Shown here piece by piece: positions 48,001 through 60,000 of a stretch of DNA of 64,000 nt; positions within the stretch are counted from its first letter, which is position 1; each line of letters starts with the position of its first letter. The translations under genes were made by a program, and so were the position numbers. Location of the stretch: positions 1,583,505 to 1,647,504 of the forward strand of contig NMRA01000028.1 in NCBI GenBank assembly GCA_002633005.1. The letters run 5' to 3'. The notes below the pieces were generated by a model. It was not told where the DNA came from. It was given only the letters and a program-made list of their open reading frames with translations, and made no database searches. This DNA is from Phoronis australis (Eukaryota > Animalia > Phoronida).

Positions 48001-51000
48001 CCACACAAATAAAAAAGTTCATGTTCAATTCAACATTTCGTCTTTTCATTAGACATCTTCAGGCTCATATTTACAACAATTCAGGACAACAAGTGCCAAC
48101 ATACAGCTCAGGTAACATCCATAGAGCGAAGTGAGAGATACATAGAATATAGTCAGTAGCTGGTCATCACCATAGTTGCAGGGTCACTTAGCTCTACATA
48201 AGTTATTGCCTGCCGTAACTTGAAGTTACCGTAAAGCGTTCTTCACTAGAATTTATGATTATCGCAAATGACAAACTTGAAGCAACTTTAGGTGACCTTA
48301 ATGGGCGGCGCACCATAGGGGGCTGGGGGGGGCTATTAATCCCCCATTTTTTTCAGTGCTACGCCGCACATGGTCTACAGCCGCTACACCACTTTCTTCA
48401 TAATTTTCAAATATCAGTGTGAAAAATCCGCATTTAGGTAACACGACAATTTATTAATTCCCAAATAATCATTTAAAAATGAAATTAAATGCATTGTTTC
48501 CAAAGATAATATAAAATTATGTACTTTTACTTTCACCTAAGTTAGTATTTTTCAGCCAAGTGTCCCAGGTGGGTCGCCTGTACATAACGCATACAATGCT
48601 ATATAATTTGTTTGTCAGAATAGCCAATGCATGTCTTTGTGAATAAACTAAACATTAGTAGCCTTAAGAGGCTATAACTATTACTATATAATTTGTTTGT
48701 CAGAATAGCCAATGCATGTCTTTGTGAATAAACTAAACATTAGTAGCCTTAAGAGGCTATAACTATTACTATGTATTTTTGAATTAGATGTGAACACGTT
48801 ATCTTGTAAAAAAGATAAATGGCATTATGTGATTTACGAACAACTAAAGGAAATTTTTGGTGAAAATTGTCTTTAAAATGGATAATACGTTAAAGCCGTA
48901 ATAGGTAACGATGTCACAATCACTAAGTTTGATAATGAATAAAACTTGCCAGGTGTCATAGCGGCATGACTGACTGACATTGTACATTCACATGCGGAAT
49001 ATCATGCAGAGCCATAGAAATAAAGCTCTATTGGCAAAAATGACATTTGTATAGTTATTACATGCTTTCAAGAAGAAACAGCTAATTTGTGTGAGGTACC
49101 AGGCTTGTCAGTTCTAATGGAATTCAAATGCCGCAAGACAACAAAACTCTATACATAAAGGTGTTAAGAGAACCAGAATTATCCTTGCATGTGCTACCTC
49201 GTCAGCGAGCCGTTTCCCCCAGTTGCATTTGCGCCTAAGCTCCTCACTTAAAGTGTACACAACATGACTCTAGTACCTCAAAATAAATTTTATTATTATA
49301 TCTTACTTGATTTCAGTGCCTTTAGTGCACAGCTCATAAAGAAACACGTAAAAATTGAAAAGAATAATAATTATGTACAACGTCATGGGTTGAACCCAAG
49401 CCGCTCGGCACACTGTTCGGATCAGCAACTAAGTGTATAGAGTGAAGTGAAAGTAAAGTATATTTAGCGTCAAGAAGATTCGTAGAGGGATGAAAAGATG
49501 TGTTTGCGGAGGCTGCAGCAACAGCAGTCAGACGGAGAACGTCTCGGTGTTCCGAAGGACGCCAAAGTTGCACAGCAGTGGCATCGCTTCGTGCGCCGAA
49601 CGAGGGTGTGGGACCTCAGCGTGGACCAAGCGATTCTGTCTGGGGCCACTCTGTGTTCTGCCCACTTTGAGGTGTCGTGTTTCGACTCCAATCAGAGGAG
49701 GTGTTACGATGAAGGCCTGGTTCAATAAAGGACAATATTTACTATTCAGAAACATCGGCTCTTTATTCAGGATTGTGTGTTGGGTGACTGGGTTGACTGG
49801 CCGAGCGCGAGGCCGCTTCTCTCGCGGGAGGATCCAGTTTGTAAGGCCTCAAAGTAGAAAAGTACGCAGCTGAAAACATATCAAACTCGTTCTCGCTTTC
49901 GTGCAACCCCATTTCGTCAACCTGGCCACCATTCTCGTACGTTTCTTCATAGTATTTGTTCATTTCTTGCTCATAATCGTTGCTTTCAAATTCCCTACTC
50001 TCCGCCGTTGTTCAATGCTAGTCGCTGATCTCTTGTGTTCAACCCATGATGTCACATGGCGGGAAATGTGAAAATTGGCAAAATTGAAAGAGAAATCAAA
50101 ATTTAGAGCTAATTACACAAAATAATCATGGATTTGGCTAAATTTTACGTCATACATTTAGTCGGTGGCCACCGGTAATTCGAAATGTGCAAAAATCCAT
50201 GGTGTGTACTGTTTAAGCGCTAATTCACAATTAGGAGCTTGGGCTCAGTTGCTGGGAGTTACGTTACTGTAACGCAGTTGATCCAAGAAATTCTTAGAAA
50301 ATCCCAATTTTGTTCTGATGTGAGTGCATGAGTCTGAAAATGCTTGTACATGCTAATGAAGTAATAATAACAATAACAATAACACTACAATAATTATATA
50401 AATAGTATTAACAATTATACTACTGATTAAATAAAAGTCTGTGACAAAAGCAGTGGTAATACAAATGAAAGTGATGATGATGATATTAATGATAATAGTT
50501 GTAATAATAATAATAACCAATAATAATAATCGTAATAGTGGCAAACTCAACAATATTATTAACATTTCCTATAAACTATAACAAATTCATCAAATAGTAA
50601 TTGTACATCACGACTTACACTTCAGATATAAGCGGTGCTAAGGTGAGCTTGAGGCCACCACGGAATTTTGTTAATTTATATGGTAGTCCTAAGAAAGCCT
50701 TAGCAAAATAAAAAAGTGAAATTGCGATTTTAATCACCCAAATGTAAGCCTGTCAAATAATAAGGGAAGCTGCCTTTTTTGTCATATTGCGTCACAGTGA
50801 GATCCCAGCACAAACAGGCCAGTAATAGTTGTATTGAATGGGGCTTTGAATAGAACATCATTGGGTGCATGTATTATTTGCAGCTGTTTGAATTAAAATG
50901 TGTTTCTCGCGGTGACATTGATGAAAGTAAGCCAATACGCCTAACAGTTCATTACATTTGGCAATTTATGGAACTAGTGTGCTCAGGCGTATGCTCTTAA

Positions 51001-54000
51001 CATACTGTAGGAACCAAATTTACAAGTGTTGCCATTCAAGATAGGCTTTAAGGTGGCTTTGAGTTAGTCACCTCTGATCTATATGTCTGAGATGAGCAGT
51101 GGAGTTTAAAGGATATCATGTATTGGCATGTTGTCCTCATGGTTCAGTTTTATCTGAGATCTGAAAGATAAAACATTTGCTGATTTCTTAATGTCGCTCA
51201 CTTTATGGCCATTTTTGTGTGGTTGAGCTGTTGCGAGGCATGTGTCAGAACGTTATTCAGAAGACATGTCCAAGATATTGAATCAAGTTAATGAATTGCA
51301 GACACCATGGTGTGTTTAAGGAAACATTGAAATGCTATACTTCTTTTGTCAAATTTCAGTGTCCTTAACTCATAACTGAATTGTTTGGTTGGTCTTTGTA
51401 ACTGATGTGACTTGTTTCCTTCAGATTTCGTATAAATAACTCAACTGGAGCCTTATACACTAACGCAGAGTTTGATGCCGAGAAGATAAATATCTATTAC
51501 ATCAATATACAAGCACTCGATGGTGGTGGGTCACGTGGCTTCACTTCAGTGTCCATAAAGATACTGGATGAGAACGATGAGGCACCTAAATTTAGACGAA
51601 ACCAATACAAGGGAGCAATTGCTGAAACAGACACGGACAGATTTGTTCTTCAGGTTGAGGTATGCTTGCTAAACGAGTATCTTGAAATGGGTTGTTTGTT
51701 TTTATAGTGGCTGTCCCTGTTTTAGTGGGCTGTCTTATATTATGGGTGTTTTAAGAAGGTCCTGCTTTACAATTGTTCAATAACAAATGGGAGACTTTCA
51801 GAAAACAATGATGATGAGGAGATGGTGAATCTTGATGCCACCTGGAAGATACTTCTTTGCTCTTGGTTGCATGGAGGTACACGCTTGACTTTGTAGAAGG
51901 TCTGTTATACTGTGTAGTAACCGTGACAGATGTAATCCGTTTTTCGGTCATCATGGCCAGTTTTGCCAGTAATACCTACTGGTCACAAAATTCTAGTTGA
52001 AGAGTATTTTAGCTTACTTACCTCTTAATTCCTCTTCTCCGCATTCGCAGAAGGCTACTTTGAAGATGAATACAGCTTCTGCCCAGCTGTCATGTTGGCG
52101 GAATTCTGGGTCATTTAGTTTGAAAACCTTTGCAGCGTTCTGTGTTCAATTAGACATGTTGTGTTTAAACGTCAGCAAAGTTGCCGTCTCGTTCTGTCGC
52201 GGCCAGCATTATCCAGTCCCACATTGTCTGCCGTTGTATTGTTACTTGGAACCTTTACCTTTTCTGTGATACTTGCCCTGTTGATTTTAAACTTTGCAGC
52301 TACAAACCTGCTTTCTGCCAAATACCTTGCCTTTTATTAATGCTAAAAATAAGCTAAACAAGTGGCCTTGACCTGACGAGTTAATGTATGCGCCAAGCAT
52401 GGTTATGTGTCATACGTTTCTCAGCTCTTATCAAGCTCAGAAATGGCATCAAATTCACAACTAGTTTATTTATAACCATAAGAGACTCAAATAAAAATAA
52501 TTATCTTTTATGTCAAAAGGCTAGTTTATATCCCTTTAAGAGCACATACTTTGCAACTGCACAAACTATCGTATCTCTTAATTTGCGACAGAGCTTTGAA
52601 GCACAAAATGCCTTGCTTTGAAAAACAACATGCAAGGACGACTTTAAGTTGCTTTAGTAAACACAGTACTTACCTTATGATATCATTAACAAATAATTAT
52701 TTGCATTCAGTGACTCATCAATATCACAATGTCTACCAACCTCATCAGTGTGGGTCTCGACACTGTTATCTTTTGCCGTGATTATCTTCTGCACTGTTGT
52801 CATTGTCGAATTACAGAGAATGGATTCCCATTGACACGGTGACATTCTGTGACGAAGTTGCCTAAAATTCTGTGGCATTTTGTGACATTTTGAGAATGAA
52901 TTGTGTGACAAAATTTGAGCCAAGTAATTAGTTTTTAGTGTTTTGTTGTGTTTACAGTTATTTCATGCTGCATCAAGTGGAGGTTCTCAAACTATAAAAT
53001 TGTGGAATTAATTGTTATCAGTGTGAAATATTGTGTCTCAAATACCTGCCAAAAGCAAAGTTGATTTGACTTATACATGCAAAAAGCACCAAAAAATGTT
53101 TTATAATTGAGAGCTTCGACAAATTGTGACTTCTCTTTGAAACTGCGTACAATTTTATTCTCAGAGTTTCATCACTGCCCACTTCTTGGGGTGGGGTACC
53201 ATCTGACTCCCGTACTCTGAAGACTTGTTCAAAACCATATCTGCACCCATTTGCTTATTGGTTCTATTGTTGTGGTTTGTGCTTGGAAGTTCTGCACAAA
53301 CTTTTGTAATTTATATTTTACAACAGTATGTGCAATCCTCAAATCACAAATTTTCTAAACAAAAAATTATTGTTGTTTATACTTCGAAGATCTTCAGAAA
53401 ATGTTGAAATTTGAGGAGTGCGATAGTCTGTACAGCTACAAAAGTTTGTGATCTTTTAAAGACCTTTAAAGTGCTTGGGTCTTTTTTGTTGTATGTATTA
53501 GTTTATTTTATTTTAACAATAGGTATATTGTATTGACTATGCTCACCATTTAAGCAATATTAAATGAGAATTCTGGAATTTTGGAATGTTATGCTTTTTT
53601 GTTTTTAGGCAACCGACGGAGATGCAACAAAAGAAAATTCTGGCATTAATTACACTGTAAACCAAGGAGCATTCTCTGACCACTTCAATGTCACTGCAGC
53701 TGGCAATATCTTTGTCATCAAACCCATCGACCGAGAAAATGATACTTTAGCCGAGTTAGATGGGGTCATCACTCTGGTTATTACTGCTCATGATACTGGT
53801 CGTCCCAGTCTGAAGAGCAGCGTAAATGTATCTATCAGAGTTCAGGTAACCAAACTCATTCTCTACACTGTTATGTTATACTTTTGGAAATGTAACTTTT
53901 TGCCTGCCAAAAATGTGTGTGTTTAGACCCAGGATTCTCTTTTTTGTACAATCTTTTGTACATGCACATGCTTCAGGCAGCATTTTTGTCAGTCATTCAT

Positions 54001-57000
54001 TCAGTCTGAGTATTTGTCTTTTTAGAGTTAGATAACCTTGATTCATCCTTCATTCATGTGCTATCTCAAGTTTTTGTATTTAATTTAGTTTTTGTATTAG
54101 GGACTAAGCTTAAATGCGCATATCTTGAGCTGATTGTTTTCCATTTTTTTGTTTATTTTTGATAGTTTTCATTAAATAGCTAATTCCCATACACCTTAAC
54201 ATTTGTCATATTGTAAGAATTGCTTAACATTTGAAAATTTTCTTCTTCGGCTCTACTCGAGTGTACCTTATAAGCATTCATGCCCCTAGTTGTGGATATA
54301 GTACCTGATTGACACGCAGGTTCCATGACGCAAATTTGCGTGGATGTGATGAATGTGGTGTATGTAGCCATTAGAATGGTGGGATTCTGAAAGAGCCCTT
54401 GAAAAGTTGTGCAAAACGCAAATGATAGTTTAGAAAACACACTCTTATTGACATTTCACCTTGGTGATGTGTGTCTTAAGGAATTTGGACATGTTCTTAC
54501 CTATCGCTTTTGGTAATATTCACTTATAAAACATGGGATAGGTCACATACACTATACAGCATTAAATTTGTATTTCCTGTTTTCGTGAATTAATGCTTTT
54601 ACTGGGTTTTATTAATTTTTTAGATAATATGCCTGGGTAAATAAAGCTTCCCAAAATGTCTACAAAACTATAAAATTTTAGCATTTTGGAGAACAGGACA
54701 CTAAACACAGAATCTGAAAGCCATTTCTCAATATGGTGTTCCGAAGTTTGCCAATTTTGAACTTTTTCGTAGAGACCTGAATAACCTGAACAGTAACACT
54801 TTTACGTAACTGAAAAGACCTGATGCTGCAGTAAAGCTCCAAAGGTTCACATTGCTGAAGGCTGACATCTAGCGGCAAAAGAAGAAAATTGATGCTTAGG
54901 TGAAAGATTTTTGAATACGGGCTTGCTGTGTTCATCCCAGTCAATAGATTTAATTTGTACGTCATGCTAAGCGTGGTGCTTATGCTTGGGTATAGTGTAC
55001 TCTGGGTTGGGTTGGAAAAATTAGTGCTAAATTGGATGAGTGTACGTAGTATTCATTAGAGGAAGCTGGTGATGGACACCCACTTCTAGTTATCAATAGT
55101 TATGGCAGGTCCAAAATGATGAAGAAAGTGAAACTTATCTAATGATTCTCATTTCAGGATGAAAATGACAATGCACCCGTTTTTAACAAGCATGTGTATA
55201 GTGCATCATTCTATGAGAACAGAACAGAAGGTAATTTGTATGGAGTCAACGTTCTTCAACAGCTTTTTTGCTAATAATAGGATTGGACTTCAGATACCTG
55301 CCTACCTTCATTTCGAACATTCACCTTTTTGAGATATTTTTTAGATATTAAATTTTAACCCACGAAACTATTTTTAGTATCCTTTGTTGTGGCAGAAATT
55401 TCTTATCTGCCCAAGCACATATTGTGGAGTAAGGCAGCAGCCTGATGAGTGTCAATAGTTTGTGAAAGATTTGGCTTTTTCCACCTTGTATTAACAAACT
55501 GTTTTCTGTTCAGGTTTTGTTGTGCATGTTAATGCCAGTGATGGTGATGCCAGTGGCAGCAACAAAGAGTTGATTTACCGTATCTCCAGCCCGTGTAGTG
55601 ACATGTTTACCATTGATGATAATCAAAACATAGCAATTATCAAAAATAGCAAGTTTGACTATGAAAAGAAGCCTGTGTACAAATGCCTTGTTAAAGTGTA
55701 TGACAAGGGAGTGCCTCAGCTGGAGGGTAACTGCACTGTAGTAATCAGGCTGTTGGATGTGAATGACGAAAAGCCAACATTTAACAAGACCAGCTATTCC
55801 ACCCGTGTTCAGGAAAATGCCACAACTGGTAGCTTGGTGTTTAAATTTACTGCTACTGACCCTGATACGGACAGTCAACTTGAGTATGAGCTTGTGAAAG
55901 GCGAGACATCCGCTGTGGCCAACCCTGTAGGTGTCCCGTTGACTGACGTTTACAAATCGTGGTTTGACATTAACCCCTTGACCGGAGAGCTGTCGGTGAA
56001 TAATACGCTGGATAGGGAGATGGTGAAAAGTGTCACACTTACTGTACGGGTCACAGACTCTAAAACACCCGAGACTCAAACAGCAACTGGTGAGCTATAT
56101 CATGTCTTTCTATTTCATTTAATAAATTCTACATTCAGGTCTCCTTAAAATAAAAGAACAACAGTCACTATACATACGAGTTCAACCTAAATGAGCCTCG
56201 AAATTCGTTCTAAATGCATGGTTTCAGGTAGTGGGGCCCTCAGCCTACAGACTCATCCATGCTGGTAATTAGCTTTCCACTATTAAAAAGGGGCCATTCA
56301 TTCATTAACACCAGATTATGAATATCAAGTGGGCCACTGCAACCACGGGCTTACTTCATGAAACTAGTTTTAAGGCACAAGTCACATTTTGTATTCACAA
56401 TGAACAGCGTTTTCCATCAGCTGTAATGCAGACTGAGGTATTATTACAACTGTCGTCAAGCCTTAAATGTTCACGAAATGGTCCATAAGCTGTTAATAAA
56501 GGCTAGAGATTTTATACCTGAGTGAGTGTTGGACTTGAATTTATGAAAATATCCAAGTCAACTTCATTTGAACGCTACGACATGGACCTGAGTTCCAAGC
56601 ATTGGTATATCATCTCAACCAAAGTGCAGAGAAGCTGAATTTCAAAACAACCCCTTGGTTTGTTTGTCGTGGAGTACGTGTTTGCTGAAACAAAAAACAT
56701 TAAACAATAAAGTATATTTCAAGTCTATCGTAAACTTCATAATTGTAAACTAAACCATATATGACTGTTTCAAAGCAAGCACAAGTCAGACTGGTATTTA
56801 TGGCATAGTGGAATGAAGGGTGCATCAGGAAATCAGGCTGTTCAGTGGTATCTTGTAGTGGGACAATGTTTCTCTTCATCAACTGGGGAAACTGGTGTCG
56901 CCGTCTGCCAGGATATCACAGAAATTTGATTTAAGCTCCTATTGTGTTGTACAGGGCAATTACTGTGGTCACGCGCACTAGATTTTTGGTTGAAATAAAC

Positions 57001-60000
57001 TGAAATGTCAAGGACAGAAAGTAATAACTTGTTAACACGTTTGGCATATGAAATTGAATTCCTCGTGAAGAATTAGCGTATAATCCTTTGGGAAAGAAAT
57101 ATGATAAAAATTGGCCGAAACGCTGCAATAGGTTTATATTTGTTAATTGCAGTTTTGAGTAGGTGCGTATTTACATTAAGGTATTCGTTCAGTGTTATAT
57201 ATAATTGTCGTTTGCGTTGTGACATCGGACATAAGACTAAACCTGGTGTTTTACAAAAGAAAGATTGATATGAGGCCTATGAAAACCGGTATCGTCTGGA
57301 ATATGGACTAAAGGGTAGTTAAGCGGTAGNAGCACCCGAGACTCAAACAGCAACTGGTGAGCTATATCATGTCTTTCTATTTCATTTAATAAATTCTACA
57401 TTCAGGTCACCTTAAAATAAAAACACCAACAGTCACTGTACATACGAGTTCAACCTAAATGAGCCTCGAAATTCGTTCTAAATGCATGCTTTCAGGTAGT
57501 GGGGCCCTCAGCCTACAGACTCATCCATGCTGGTAATTAGCTTTCCACTATTAAAAAGGGGCCATTCATTCATTAAAACCAGATTATGAATATCAAGTCG
57601 GCCACTGCAACCACGGGCTTACTTCATGAAACTAGTTTTAGGGCACAAGTCACATTTTGTATTCACAATGAACAGCGTTTTCCATCAGCTGTAATGCAGA
57701 CTGAGATATTATTACAATTGTCGTCAAGCCTTAAATGTTCACGAAATGGGCCATAAGCTGTTAATAATAGCGAAAAGGCTAGAGATTTTATACCTGAGTT
57801 AGTGTTGGACTTGAATTTATGAAAATATCCAAGTCAACTTCATTTGAACACTACGACATGGACCTGAGTTCCAAGCATTGGTATATCATCTCAACCAAAG
57901 TGCAGAGAAGCTGAGTTTTAAAACAACCCCTTGGTTTGTTTGTCGTTGAGTACGTGTTTGCTGAAACAAAAAACATTAAACAATAAACTATATTTCAAGT
58001 ATATCCTAAACTTCATAATTGTAAACTAAACCATATATGACTGTTTCAAAGCAAGCACACGTCAGACTGGTATTTATGGCATAGTGGAATGAAGGGTGCA
58101 TCAGGAAATCAGGCTGTTCAGTGGTATCTTGTAGTGGGACAATGTTTCTCTTCATCAACTGGGGAAACTGGTGTCGCCGTCTGCCAGGATATCACAGAAA
58201 TTTGATTTAAGCTCCTATTGTGTTGTACAGGGCAATTACTGTGGTCACGCGCACTAGATTTTTGGTTGAAATAAACTGAAATGTCAAGGACAGAAAGTAA
58301 TAACTTGTTAACACGTTTGGCATATGAAATTGAATTCCTCGTGAAGAATTAGCGTATAATCCTTTGGGAAAGAAATATGATAAAAATTGGCCGAAACGCT
58401 GCAATAGGTTTATATTTGTTAATTGCAGTTTTGAGTAGGTGCGTATTTACATTAAGGTATTCGTTCAGTGTTATATATAATTGTCGTTTGCGTTGTGACA
58501 TCGGACATAAGACTAAACCTGGTGTTTTACAAAAGAAAGATTGATATGAGGCCTATGAAAACCGGTATCGTCTGGAATATGGACTAAAGGGTAGTTAAGC
58601 GGTAGTCAGCACACCATCCATTGGCCACATCAAGTGACCTAATGAATATAAGGGAAAAGATTTCTGCCCCCGGACTGGGACTCAAACCCAGTACCTTCTG
58701 CTAACTGTCCATTAGGTTACATGGTGTGACCAACAGATGGCGTGCTGACAGGACTTAAATTGTTTGGTACATATTTTTCGCGCCATATTGAGATTGACAT
58801 ATTCATAACGGGGAGTTAGTTGTGTAAGTGGATGACCTTCAGTACAAATCGCGTTTTAGGCTCAACATAAAAAGCACAAGAAGTGTTGAACATAAAATGT
58901 GAAATCCCAAACTTATTACATGTAATAGCCCATAGACTTACCATAAAGTTTAGTTGATCATTAGTCGACAATGTACACTTCCTGTCTGCATATCTGTAGT
59001 AAAGTAGAGATTAGAGGAGTTTTATCAGGAGACACCTGGTGAGGAAACTGGGTAGCTCTATGTAGGGATTCAAACATTCTAGGTGGAAAAAGAAACGTTT
59101 TGGACTAGTCCGGAAATGCCCAGTTTCAAATGGCGAAATCAAATTAAACACTGCAGTCATGTTTTCAATAGAGAGACATTTGTATGGACATGAAAGCATT
59201 ATTTTAAAGAATCCGATTTGAAAAGTTACCTAAAAACGAGTACGTACTGTTTCATAATTCAGAATAGACAGCTGGTGCTGTAATCATATGTTTGTACACA
59301 TACGTCAAGTTTGTTTTGGTTGATCACTCTGTCTGTGAAGCATCGTGGGTGATTTACACCATTCTCATTTGACACTGCTTGAGATCATTCTGTGATGTCA
59401 CTGTTTCTAAGTTATGTATGACTTCTGTAAATTGCAGCTTCGCTCACGATAACATTGATTGACGTCAATGATTACACACCCAAGTTCAGAAAGTTAAATC
59501 AACCATTGACTTTGTCTGAGAGTAGCCCTGTTGGTACACTGGTAGTGGACCTAGTAGCTGATGATTATGATGAGGACGACGAGCTAAAATTTCATCTGAT
59601 AGATAATTCTTCGGGAGTATTCAAGATTGATTCACATTCACAATCACAATCAGGTTTGTATCAATCTCCTTTTTCACACATTGTAAGGGGTCATGTGGTA
59701 TTATCATAAAGATTCATTTAAAATTATGTGGGACCTTATCAACAAAGGGGTCATGTGGTATTATCATAAAGATTCATTTAAAGTTATGTGGGACCTTATC
59801 AACAAAGGGGTCATGTGGTATTATCATAAAGATTCATTTAAAGTTATGTGGGACCTTATCAACAAAGCTGTGTATTTATTCTAATATCTACAGAGATATT
59901 TTGGGAACAAGGAAAGTGTGTAGAAAAGAATTTTACACCAGTGTGCCATCAGTTGGACCATATGGCCGTGTTCTTTTAGTAAAATTTGTGGAAATAAAAA

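Noticed and set aside
50353-50565. Hydrophobic 70-aa ORF resembling a membrane protein
   Set aside because: Translation of the (AAT)n low-complexity tract.
55510-56079. 189-aa - strand ORF (also 60496-60711 and 63374-63628)
   Set aside because: Antisense shadows of real cadherin exons.
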